Origin: Welwitschia mirabilis
Taxonomy: Eukaryota
Length of the DNA: 64,000 nt
NCBI GenBank assembly: GCA_051453625.1
Contig: JBOZIK010000001.1
Location: 22,671,822-22,735,821, forward strand
Direction: 5' to 3'
Shown here: piece after piece, positions 51,816 through 64,000 of the stretch
Numbering within the stretch: the first letter of the stretch is position 1
Layout of the letters: each line of letters starts with the position of its first letter
The notes under the pieces: generated by a model
Database searches by the model: none
The model's input: only the letters and a program-made list of their open reading frames with translations
What the model was told of the DNA's origin: nothing
Made by a program: the position numbers and the translations under genes

Positions 51816-53172
51816 TGTTGAGTTAATATTTGCCAATTTAATGTCAAATTAATGTTTTCTATTTAGCCAAACATGTTGCATCTGATGCAGAAAGTATTAA
51901 TCATTGCAAGCTTGAAGCTCGAATAATTTTTCACAATTTAAACCTAAATTTGTCAATTTTTATACCCTCTTAAGGGGTCGACCACACCTGAAGCTTACAC
52001 TAAAATGAACTGAATTTAGAGGGGTTGACCAGACATGATCTAATACTTCACAGCTGATCATCAAGAGGTTGACTGAATTCCTAAGGGATTGACCAAACCT
52101 GTGCATCAAATTTTTGCAGCCAATCAGCAAGGGATCGATCGGACTCCTAAGGGGTCGATTAGATTTGAGCATTAAACTTTCACAGCTGATCATCAAGGCA
52201 TTGAAAGGATTCTTGAGGGGTCAACCAAACCTAGAGTGATGTTTTCACCTTTTGTCAATAAGGGGTAGACTGGACATTTATGGGGTCGACCGGACCTGAA
52301 GTGAAAAACAATGTTCTAATTTTTTTCCTGAATAATGGTGCAACTGGATAAATATGCAAGTGACCGATGTCGACCGGACCCAACTGGACATGGAGCCGTA
52401 AGAAATAGGGGTCTAGCAGAAGAACATGAGGGCGACCAAATTTAGTGATGGTAACAAATGGAATTGATCAAACATTTCAAAGGGTTAACAGGTTATGACG
52501 AAAACAAGATTTTTGTAGCCATTATGCACCTGTTTTCTATCTGTTGGAAGGTCTTTTGACTTGTAAAAACCCTAAAAGACTTCTCTATATATTTGCAAAA
52601 GTCAAAATCATTGCACCACTTTTGAATTATTATGAAATCATTTGTTGTACTCATTGGCATATTCTCTACCTGACCAAAGGCGAATCAAGAGCTGTTGTTA
52701 TCATTGTGTACTTGGTCAAGTTCGTTGCACTGTACGCTTGTGGATTGTACCATCTTCTCAAGTAGTGTAGCAATACTATTCTTGAGCAAGAGATTGGATG
52801 AAACCTGTGCATTTTGGCATACTATTATCACCGCTTTGCATTCTTGCAAAAGGTTGAGACTAAGCCTCAGAAAAGTCCAATTGTAAAGGTTACAGGTAAA
52901 TTTAGAATTCTTGGAAAGAGATTAACAAAGATCTAGATCAGACTTGGGTAGAAGCAGATTGTCAAGAGTGGAGTAGGGGGTTCCCTGAACCACTATAAAT
53001 CTTGTGTGCATTCTCATTGGTATTTCTGTGCTTTCTGTTCTTTATTTTTCATAATAGTTTTATTTTTATTTGCATAAGTATTTTAGTGTTTAGTCTAAAT
53101 AAAGATATTTTTGAATTTATTTAATTATTTTTTAAATCCTATTCACCCCCCTTTAGGGTTCTTGATCCTACA
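51816..53172 (+). repeat. 5' LTR of element 2
   Basis: TG...CA ends, GGGGTCGACC palindromic repeats at 51970-52440, and a C-rich end CTATTCACCCCCC...GATCCTACA. Confidence 0.9.
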
Positions 53173-53249
53173 TTTGATATCAGAACTTGGTAAAGTCCAT
53201 GTTAGATCCTAACAGGTCTAGACTCCTGAACCCTAAAAATAAGTAACCC

Positions 53250-56200
53250 TTCACATGGTTTTTTTTGCTGATCATTCACCCATATTTAAAAGTTAAACTA
53301 TGCATATTGAAAAGCCCATATGATAATCTTTCTCAAATCCCTAGATGCAGACATTGAAAAGGTCATTTATAATGGTTATACTATGCCCACTCTAACTAAA
53401 ACTGATGCCCATGGAAATACCACATAATAGCCAAAACTAGAGACCAATGGACCCCCACTGATAGATCCAAAGCTATCATAGATGCCCATGCTCTTAATGC
53501 AATGTTTTATACAGTTTGTGTAGATGAGTTTAAATGAATTGTTACTGTAAACATGCAAAAGAAGCTTGGGACATTCTTGAAATAACACATGAAGGGACAT
53601 CCACTGTTAAGCAGGTCAAACTCCAAATACTCATTTTCAAGTTTTGAAGACATTCATATGAACGAGGAGGAGACACTACAGGAATTCTTTCCTAGACTTA
53701 CACACATCTTAAATTTCATGGCAAGTCTAGGTGAAAGAATGGATGAGGCAAAGGTGGTTCAAAAAGTGTTGAGATCCCTTCCAAAAAGGTTTGAGCCAAA
53801 AGTCACTATAATCGAAGAAAGCAAGAATATAAACCTAATGGTGCTTGAGGAATTACAAGGTAATTTACAAACTTATGAATTAAAATTTTCTTAAAATAGA
53901 AAAAAAAAGGTATTGCTTTGAAATATGTGCATGAAGAATACAGATTAGAAAAATTAGATGAAGATCTTAATGATGACAAAGTTGCCCTACTGGTAAGGAG
54001 ATTTAAGAGATTCTTACATAGAAGAAATAAAGAATATAAGTCAAGTAGAGAGACAAAAAGAGGTCACTCCAACTTCAGAAGAAACCAAGACAAAGGGAAG
54101 GAGATCCAATGTNNNNNNNNNNNNNNNNNNNNNNNNNNNNNNNNNNNNNNNNNNNNNNNNNNNNNNNNNNNNNNNNNNNNNNNNNNNNNNNNNNNNNNNN
54201 NNNNNNNNNNNNTAAGTCAAGTAGAGAGACAAAAAGAGGTCACTCCAACTTCAGAAGAATCCAAGACAAAGGGAAGGAGATCCAATGTATGCTTGCAAAG
54301 GCTATGGACACATTGCAAACGAGTGTCCAAACAACAATAGGGACCAAAGAAAGTCAAAAACATCTTCATTCATTGCTACATGGGGCAATGCAGATGAAGA
54401 GGATGATAGCAGTTCTAGCCAAGAATTAGATGGAGATCAAAGGCTTTCATTCATAACAATTGTGCCTCCATTACAGAACTTGCCTTGATCATCTGAACCA
54501 AATGATTTGGATCTCATTAAAGAAGATCAAAATAAACTTGAAGATACCTATTAGAAAATTTACATGCAGTGTGAAAAATTGGCAAAATGCATTAATGCCC
54601 TAAACAAGATTGTAAAAACTCTCAGCAAAGAAAAAGAGGAATTGAAAACAAAGTACAAGATGGTCAAATCTAAAAATTTCGAACTTTCTCTAGAATTAAA
54701 GAACTTGTCACATTTTGTTAATTAAAAAACTAACTTCGGATAAGACAGGTATTGGATTCATCCCCTAAAGACCACAAAATTAGCAAAATCAGGTATCCTG
54801 GCAAAACAGGTTTATTTCTAAATTTACATGTCATTTTTGTGGTAAGTGTAGTCATTCCAAGTTATTTTGTAATGCTAGAAAATTAATGTTATTTTCAAAT
54901 TCCATTAGCACCTTTTCTTTCAAATTTATTCTAAGAAGATGTGTACCACATCAGTCCAAAAGAACAAAGTGGACGAGAGCCGATAATTTGAAAAGTCTTT
55001 TGATTCAAATAGCTTTCAAGGTATCAAATGGAACTAGCTGGCATTTGAACAGTAGCTGCTCTCGACATATGATGAAAAATAAGTCTAGATTCAAACAGCT
55101 AGATGATTTTGATGATGGAGAAGTTACATTTGTGACAATGGAAAAGCCAAGATCGAAGGAATCGAAAGCATTGGTGGAGGTAACTTATCCAAAATAAATG
55201 AAATTTTATATGTTAATGGTTTGAAGCATAATTTACTTAGCATTAGTCAAATTTGTAATAAAGGTATAAGGTTGTTTTTGATAGGATGAAATGTGAAGTT
55301 AGACNNNNNNNNNNNNNNNNNNNNNNNNNNNNNNNNNNNNNNNNNNNNNNNNNNNNNNNNNNNNNNNNNNNNNNNNNNNNNNNNNNNNNNNNNNNNNNNN
55401 NNNNNNNNNNNNNNNNNNNNNNNNNNNNNNNNNNNNNNNNNNNNNNNNNNNNNNNNNNNNNNNNNNNNNNNNNNNNNNNNNNNNNNNNNNNNNNNNNNNN
55501 NNNNNNNNNNNNNNNNNNNNNNNNNNNNNNNNNNNNNNNNNNNNNNNNNNNNNNNNNNNNNNNAAAGTAAAAACCAAGTTTTCACAACAATGCTTTTAGA
55601 GCTTATTCATATGAATTTGGTAGGACTAGCCCAAACTTAAAGTTTAGGAGGAAAACATTATTTTTTTAATATGGTTGATGACTTCTCAAGATTACTTGGG
55701 TTTCCTTTCTTGCAAACAAATATGAAATGTATAAACATTGGATTAAAATATGCAATAAAATTCAAAATGAGAAAGGTTATACCATTAAGAAAATTAGAAG
55801 CGATTATGATAGTTTGAAAACCATTTGTTTGAAAAATATTGTATTGACAATGGTATTGAACACCAATTCTTAGCCCCTAAAACGCCTCAAAAAAATGGAA
55901 TTACTGAGAGGAAAAATAGAGTCCTCCAAGAAATGGTAAGAATGATGTTGAATGATAAGGAGGCTCCAAAAACTTTTTGGGCTGAAGTTGTAAGAACCGC
56001 TTGTTATATCATAAATAGAGTTTACCTTACAACAGGAATAGACAAAACTCCTTATGAGCTTTGGAAAGGAAGAAAACCAAATGTTTCATACTTTAAAGTC
56101 TTTGGGAGTAAGTTCTTTGTGTTAAAGGATAGAAAACATCTAAGTAAATTTAAATCAAAGGCTGATGAAGTAATATTTTTTGGCTACTCTACTAGAAGTA

Positions 56201-57985
56201 GAGCTTACTATATTTTCAACAAGAGAGAAGCTCAACCTTGGAAGAGTCAATAAATGTGTGAATAGATGATGTTAGCACAAAATCTTTTTCTTTCAATGAT
56301 GAATAAAAGTTATCTCCAAATACTTTCACAACAAAAGATAATTCAACTAGAAAGAAGAAGAAGTTCCAACAAAAGAAGTTACTACTAAAAAGTTCAAAGA
56401 GCTAAAAGGTCATCCTTTAGGGTCTATCATTGGAGATGTTAGCTTAAAGATTAGAACAAGAAACTCAATGAAGAATTTTTGTGTCCACATTTGTTATGTT
56501 TCACAAATTGAACCTAAAAAAGTTTAAGAAGAAGAATCCCATGAAGAATAGATGATGCCCATACCATATGAGTTATAACAGTTCAATAGAAATGATGTAT
56601 GGAAGCTTGTTGAAAAGAGAAAGGACAAAAATGTAATTGGGATAAAATGTGATGAGCAAAATAATGTTATCGAAAACAAACCAAGATTAGTGACACAAGG
56701 CTACAACCAAATCAAAGGTATTAATATAGGTAACACGTTTGCTCTTGTAGCAAGGCTAAATAGCATTAGAATGTTTTTATCCTATTTAGCATTTAATAAA
56801 ATTAAAGTGTATCAAATGGATGTAAAAGTGCCTTGTTAAATGGAACCCTCAATGAAGAAGTGTATGTAGAACAAACACAAGGATTTATAGATCCTCACAA
56901 ACTTGATTATGTATATAGACTTAAGAAGGCTTTATATGGATTGAAATAAGCTCCAAGAGCATGGTATGAAAAATTAGCCACATTTCTAAATGAAAATGGT
57001 TATATCCGTGGAATGAAAGATAAAACTTTATTTGTCAAGAACTTGAAAAAGGATTTTATTATTATTCAAATTTATGTGAATGATATAACTTTTGGTGCCT
57101 CTAAAGAAGTTTTATCAAAAGAATTTACTAATATCATGACAATACACTTTGAGATGAGTATGCTTGGTGAAGTTAGAATGTTTCTTGACTTACAAATTAA
57201 GCAATAAAAAAATGGAATTTTTATATCTTAGTCTAAAAATGCAAAGGATTTGATCAAACAATTTGGATTGGAAAATGCTAAAACAACTAATACACTTATG
57301 TCTACTTCTTGTAAAGTTAGACAAGATGAACATGAAAAATCAATAGACCATAAACTTTATACAAGTATGATAGGAATTTTGTTATATCTAACTACAAACA
57401 GACCTGATATTTATGTTTAATATTATTGTATGTGCAAGATACCAAATCCAACCAAAATAATCACACTTACAAGCTGTCAATAAGATATATAAAAGATACG
57501 TGTGACTTTGGATTATGGTAAGATTTAGTGATGCATATTTGCCTAGGTGTAAGGATGATAGAAAAAGCACAAATGGTAATTATTTTCTATTAGAATTATG
57601 CTTAGTGGGATGAGTTAGTAAAAAACAAAACTAGATCTCCCTTTCAATAGCTGAAGGTGAGTATATAGCAGCAGGGAGTTGTTGTGATCATTTCTTTTGG
57701 ATGAAGAAAATGTTAAAGGACTTTGGTGTATTTTTTGAACAGGTTTCTATTTTCTATGATAATACTAATGCAATTAATATTTCTAAAAACCCTGTTCAAC
57801 ATTCCAGAGCTAAACATATTGAATTGCGACACCATTTTCTTTGAGACTAAGTTGAAAAAGGAAATATTTCTATGAATTTTGTTAGTATAGATCGTCAACT
57901 TGCTGATATTTTCACTAAACCCCTAAACTTCAATAATTTTATTTACCTTTGTAATGAACTGGGAGTTATCTCTTCACCCTATAAC
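53250..57985 (+). pseudogene. Disrupted gag-pol of element 2
   Basis: Fragments 53589-53894, 54285-54488, 54886-55197 (WHLNSSCSRHM), 55825-56253 and 57013-57207; RH motif PVQHSRAKHIELRHHF at ~57790. Confidence 0.9.
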
Positions 57986-58214
57986 TGATTGTAGGATGGT
58001 CGATCAGATCTATAATTTGATCGACGGGATTTGGTTGATCGACTAGTCTAAAAACCCTATCACTTGAATCTAAAGTATTGTGATCCATCTCTCAATAGGT
58101 TAACCAGATCTTAAACCAGTCGACTAGACTTATAGAATTATAGTATAGTATAAAAGGTAGTGGACCTAATTTATTTATCAAATCTCACTTTATCGCCCTT
58201 TTCTTTAAAGTCTA

Positions 58215-59110
58215 GTGGAGCCCAAACCCTATCCATTAACTTCTAGCCACCTGTCTCCTTCAAATCTCAGAGAACTTTGTAATATGATGCAACTCTTACA
58301 AGATTTGAATCTTTATTACTTTCTTAATGTTTTAATACCTACCTACTCCTTTCTCACCAGGATGTTCTACAGCAATGCTTTTTATGATGCCAACAATGAA
58401 ACCCTGGAAACCTTGGTTTTGGGGAAGAAGATTAGGGTTACTACAAACCTCATTGCTACCATTACTAATCTTTCAAGAGGAGATTATGATGAGTTTTAGC
58501 CTCATCATGGCTCCATGGAAGACAAAGCTGAGGTAATAAGGAAGCTTTGTGGTAAGTTTCTTAGGTGGAAAACCACCCTTTCTACTTCTCTTATTACCCC
58601 AAAGTATAGGTTTTTGTATTTAGTATTTACTTATATTTTCTTACCTTTGGTAGGTCATCGTGCCGAGACCTCTAACTACAAGACATATTTGATGTATTTG
58701 GTAGGAACTAGGTGGTTTATTACTACTCTTATCATGGTCTCACAGTTGGAATATCATAGGACTAGGACTCTTCCATACTTAATGTTGATAGCCAAAGCTA
58801 GAAACCCTTAACCCTATGTCATTCATTAGGCATGCGATGTTGTTTTGCATGCATTTCTTTGCAAGTTTTAAGAAATCCTCTAAATCTCCTTCTCCCAAAC
58901 AAGCCTTACTAGAAGAGACTCTTTCATACCTGAGGAGGATAGAATCTTGTACTAGACATATGAAAAAAGCTCTGATCATAGCTAGGTAAGAGATTGTTGA
59001 CACTTTAGAGGAAGTTGAAAGCTCAACATAGAAGGCTTCTAAAGAAGAGGAGGAAGAAGAAGAAGAAGATTGTAAATAAGAATCGGAGGAGGAAGCTGAT
59101 GAATCTAACT
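58215..59110 (+). pseudogene. Disrupted extra ('env-like') ORF of element 2 with acidic tail
   Basis: ORFs 58215-58499 and 58515-58811 are in the same frame, separated by one TAG. Motifs LTRMFYSN, LVLGKKIRV, FLPLVGHRAE, LPYLMLI, then a poly-Glu tail at ~59040-59100. Confidence 0.75.
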
Positions 59111-59607
59111 AATCTTATCTCTTTATTATGTTCTTTCTTGTGTTTTCATGCTTGTTTTTCTTTTGTCCTTTGTCATTAATATCAAGAGGGGGAGAAATAG
59201 TTAGTTTTGTTTAGCTCTATTCAGTTGTAATTACTCTTGATAAGCAATTTTCTATTGTAATGCCTAATTTTTAGTAATAGAAATGCACTTTATTATCATT
59301 TTTGGCTCACATTTTGGTGCACATCTATTTAATCATGAACTATAATTTTTGTTATATCTTATGGCTATTAAGTAATTCTTGATCAAAATTTTTTTGTCAC
59401 ATATATTTTGGATTTTGTTTACCTCACAAATTGTACTATAAATTATTTTAATCATGGCACAAGTTAGAAACTCTTTAAAAATGTCTTATTTGATATAAAT
59501 GTTCAATATCACTTACAAATTTAATAGGCAATTTTTGAAGGAGAGATTTTCCAAAATTAATATTTTGAACTAAGTATAGGTTTGTTGTCAATGTCAAAGG
59601 GGGAGAT

Positions 59608-61108
59608 TATTAAGTTAATAGTTGCTAATTTAATGTCAAACTAAAATTTTCTGTTTATCAAAACATGTTGTATCTAGTGCAGAAAATATTAATCATTGTG
59701 GATCAGAAGCTAAACTAATTTATTACAATTTGAACCTAAACCTATCATTTTTTATATCCTCTTGAGGGATCGACCAGATTCCTAAGGGATCAACCACACT
59801 TGAAGCTTACATTGAAATGAACTAATTTCAGAGGAATCCGACCAGATTACTAAGGGGTCGACCGCACCTGACGCTTACATTGAAATGAACTAATTTCAGA
59901 GACATATATAGAGTTGACTAGACTTGATCTAATACTTCATAGTTGATCATCAAGGGGTCGACTAGATTCCTGAGGGGTCGATCAAACCCATGCATTAAAT
60001 TTTTACAACTGATCAACAAGGGGTCAACCAGATTATTGAGGGATCAATCAAATTCCTAAGGGATTGACTGGACCTTAGCATCAAACTTTGACAATCGATC
60101 ATCAAGGGGTTGACCAGATTCCCGAGCAGTTGATTGAACCTAGAGTGATGTTTTCACTCTTTGTTAGTAACGAATCAACTAGACATTTGTGGGGTTGACC
60201 GGACCTGGAGCGAAAAACTATGTTGCAACTTTTTCCTAAATAAGGGGGTGACCAAAGGAATATGTGGGTCACTAAACCTGTAGTTGACTGAACTCTAAGG
60301 GGTCAACCGGATAGGGAGTTGTATGAAACAGGTATCAACCGAAAGAACATGAGGGTAATCAACTTTAGCAATAGCACTAGATGGGGTTGATCAGACATTT
60401 CAAAGGGTTGACTAGCTGTGACAGAAATGGGATTTTTCTAGCTGTTATGAACATGTTTTCTATCTGTTAGAAGGTCTTTTTACTTATAAAAATGCTAAAA
60501 TACTTCTCTTATATATTTGCTAGGAGTCAAAATCATTGCACCACTTTTGAATCATCGTGAAATCTTTTTTTGTGCTCATTGGCATATTCTCTACCTGACC
60601 AAAGAAAAACCAAGAGTTGTTGTTGTCATTGTGTACTTGGTCAAGTTAGTTTCACTATACACTTGTGGATTATACCATTTTCTCAAGTAGTGTAGTAATA
60701 TTATTCTTGAGCTAGAGAATGGATGAAACCTATGCATTTCGGCACACCATTGTCACCGCTTCACATTCTTGCTAAAAGTTGAGACTGAGCCTCAGAAAAG
60801 TCCAATTGTAAAGGTTACAGGTAAACCTGAAATACCTAGAAAGAGATTAACAAAGATTCAGATCAGGATTGGGTAGAAGTTAATCATCCAGAGTGGAGTA
60901 AGGGGTTTCTCGAATCCCTATAAATCTTGTGTGCATTCTTATTAGTATTTCTGTGCTTTTTGTTCCTTATTTTTCAAAATAGTTTCAGTTTTATTTACAC
61001 AAGTATTTAAATGTTTATTTCAAGTAAAGATATTTTTGAATTTATTTGATTTTTTTAAAATCCTATTCATTCCCCCTCCTCCTCCTCTCTAAGTTTCTCA
61101 ATCCTATA
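59608..61108 (+). repeat. 3' LTR of element 2
   Basis: Direct-repeat copy of 51816-53172, ~145 bp longer because of extra repeat units. Confidence 0.9.
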
Positions 61109-64000
61109 ATCCATTATTTATTAAACTTTGAATCTTAAATCTTATAAGCTTATCAATTTGTGTAAGTACTACACTAAGAACTTTGTCTTCTTTAGGTACA
61201 TTAGAACTTAATTCATTGTGTGATAAGATGGTTTTACTAGGACTTAATTATATACCTTTCTAATATTCCAATTGCATAAGAAATATTATGTTAAATATTG
61301 GTAAATAAATTAGAAATAGAACCAATCTATAGTAGATATTTTCATCTAGATTTAGAGTTCCCATTGTCATTAATTTTAAATTATAGTCCATGAGCATTAA
61401 AACAATCTTTGCATTATTTTAAACTTATCCAACATATCATTAATGTATTTTTTTTTAGAAAAGATAATCTTTTTATCTTCTTGAAATATTTTGCATTAAG
61501 ATTAAATCTCATTAATCTAAAGTTAATAATATCAAATGCATTTAGTTAGTCCTTTCTTTACCTTCTAAATTCTTCATTTATTATTTTCAATTGATAAAAT
61601 ATCATTCATGGATAAGATATAGGTAATTGGGATCTAAAACTTGAGTTGGTAAGAGGCACTTATAGATTTTCGTCCAAAAAATCAAACTAGAAAACCTTGA
61701 TGAATATGGTAGGATTTCTCATGTTTGTAAAAATAAAATGAAATAAATTAAAATATGAAAGAGTATTCGTCAATGTTTTGGTATTCAACATTTCAAATTC
61801 AATACTTATTAATCTATCCTTTATTTAATACAAAGCATAAAGTATCTATTTTAAACCATTAAGATACTCCTTTAATTTGCATATCTTATTCATTTATCTT
61901 AAAACTATATGGTTTAGTTGTATATATTTAATCCTTTAGGAATTCATCTAAGAACTCAATCTGGACATCAAATTTATGCACTTTTCATTCTTTCTAAGCC
62001 ACTAATGTAACTAATAGATGAATGGTTTACTACTAATTCATCAGTTTAAAAACTTCTATTTACTCAAGCTTATGCTTTCTTTTGAAGGTTTTAGAAATCG
62101 ATATTGAAGTTTAAGTGTTTTACATGGTTGAACTTGTTATATAATATACACTTGTTTCTTACCAATTTTCTAGCTAGTACTAATTATACTAGGTGCCATA
62201 TGATATCTTAAATTAACAACTAAATTTTCATGCAAATTACATGTCTTAAATTAAGATATTTACTTTCCTCTGTGAAATTTGTATGTATAGTACTATAATT
62301 AAGTAATAATGCTACATGCTTTTCATCTTCCTTCATTACTTGATAAAGCACACTCCTCACTTTCAATGTTAATTTTTTTAATTTCATTTAATTTAACATC
62401 CTTCAAAATTTGAAAGGTTGCAGAAATTCTCAAGTTGTAAGAAGATGTTCAAGTACTCTTATAGCCATGTCATTTGAGTCAAAGGACTTTTTCATCTTAT
62501 TATAACTTCTCCTAAAAGTTTACTTCATTAGAAGAAATTTCTTATACCACACTTGTCTTATTTATTAACCCTGATGTTGTTGGATAAGAATTTAGTGTTA
62601 TTTTGAGTGTTGTCGTGGCTTCTCAAGTAATTGATAAAGTTAATGATAATTGCATTCTTAAATCTTTTATTATAATAATACATTGATAATATTACTTATA
62701 CTGCTAAATGCTATACGTTAATGCACATAGTTAAGTTTATTTATATAGAAGTTAGCATATGAGATCTTGACATATAGCATATCTAATTAACTAATGTTTA
62801 TAAGTCAAAAGCTTTAGTGTCTTGGGTTTGAATCTTATGATGTGTAGGTTGGTTTATAATTGATATCTAGGCATGATCTTTAATGTATTTGTTACAAATC
62901 ATAAGAAAGACATGGACATTTCTTGGCTTGCCTCTAAGAAGATAGGAGCCATCCATAGGCTTTTACCTAGCTAAAGTAACAAGTGATCCTGGCAAGTATG
63001 GTATGATTCCCATTTATTAACTTGGTTTAAGAAAAAAAGGGAGGCTAGGGGCAGAGAGGGAAAAGGAAAAAAATCATATGGATTAATACTTTACTTAAGC
63101 AAATAAATCGGAATTTACAATAGTTTAAACACTAGAATCACATGATTAAAAAATGTAGATAGGGAATTTACTTATGATGTATCAAATAGATGTGTCATGT
63201 TTTAACACTACCATCTACCTAAGATGATAGACTATAACATGACATAAGAAAAACATAGGCTAAACATGACTTACACACCTAGTCCCAAATTTTTATAAAA
63301 TGAAATGATATATTGAAGCTTCTCATTAACAATATAATACATAAAAATTAATGTGATTTCTTGTTATTAGTAACTCCAAGAGTACTATAAGAAGTAGCCA
63401 CATGGAGTGCCTTTTAATGTTGCTTGACTTATTTCCTCTTCCTATGATTCCTTATTATCATTAGGTAGTCTAGCAATAATTTGGTAGATCTCTTTTCACT
63501 AATTTCTATGGTTTAATGTTTCATTCAGTGTACTTTAGTTGTATGACAAGTTAGGCTAAGGTTTCTTAATGTGAAATGGTAGATCTAGAAAATCTTGAGT
63601 TTTCTTATATTTATCTAATGGTCCTATCTTTTCTTCCTAGGTATGTTTTGATGTTTGTTCTACTACTTTTACTTTTTCTTCCATAAAAGGGATGAAAGGG
63701 ATTCCATTTTTTTACCTACACTAGGAATTGACTATATGCAAGCTATTAACTCCTAATAAATACCCCTAGTTATGCATGTCAAATTTTGGGTAACTAAATC
63801 CATCTGCACTTCTTGTAAGTCCTATTATGTATTTAGTTTTCTATATGTTAAGAGCTTGAATCTTCATAATCTTTGCAATTTTTTATTCATTTCTTATTGT
63901 ATGATAAACTTAGGTATAACTAAAAAATTGTTTTATACCCCACTGTCTTTCTGATCTCAGTGCATTTCAGTGCTCTACTAGAAATTCCCTCTGCTCCTAC

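Larger units (their letters stand above)
51816..61108 (+). mobile_element. Full-length degenerate Ty1/copia LTR retrotransposon, Sirevirus-like (element 2)
   Basis: LTRs 51816-53172 and 59608-61108; TSD ATCCA (51811-51815, 61109-61113); PBS TGATATCAGAAC 53175-53186; PPT AAAGGGGGAGA 59596-59606 with further PPT-like tracts upstream. Gag (ORF 53589-53894, zinc knuckle CKGYGHIANEC), INT (ORF 55825-56253), RT and RH to ~57985, then an extra ORF. Confidence 0.95.
51350..62300 (-). mobile_element. Old Ty1/copia RT-RNase H remnant split by element 2 (pieces 51350-51815 and 61114-62300)
   Basis: Minus strand right of the insertion: KVHKFDVQIEFL (~61950-61985), ICKLKEYLNGLK (~61850-61885), MYLKKT (~61190). 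Left of it: SITWG and KTKHI (RNase H, ~51555-51760). Confidence 0.7.

Noticed and set aside
54037..54288. 76-bp direct repeat flanking the 100-N gap in the gag of element 2
   Set aside because: Near-identical sequence on both sides of a placeholder gap indicates an unmerged contig overlap, not a biological duplication.
55247..55640. ORFs made largely of X residues (also at 4635-4909 and 54041-54429)
   Set aside because: Artefacts of N-gaps.

Overview
Land-plant nuclear DNA, AT-rich and dominated by decayed transposons, with five N-gaps. Two host genes are visible, both on the + strand. One is a complete 11-exon GH36 seed-imbibition-protein / alkaline alpha-galactosidase (raffinose synthase family, RFS2/SIP-like) gene at 44438-48470, about 765 aa. 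The other is the last exon of a HAD-like hydrolase (At2g33255-like) at 5458-5619, preceded by a TE-filled intron of more than 5.4 kb. The rest resolves into: two full-length Sirevirus-like Ty1/copia elements with paired LTRs and perfect 5-bp TSDs (7670-16474 and 51816-61108, the second nested in an older copia); a solo LTR with TSD; several L1 LINE fragments; a non-L1 (RTEX/CR1-like) LINE; a hAT MITE with an 8-bp TSD; a truncated copia; and a composite Ty3/gypsy region where a chromovirus-type LTR is joined to an Athila-like pol. The most interesting signals are TE-borne: a related 'env-like' extra ORF in both copia elements and beside the gypsy pol, internal copies of each family's LTR palindrome just upstream of that ORF (possible internal promoter), an antisense ORF with its own TATA box, and strong methylation-type C>T/G>A decay. 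I found no clear evidence of a wholly new host system. All protein and family calls come from motif recognition by eye, not database searches.
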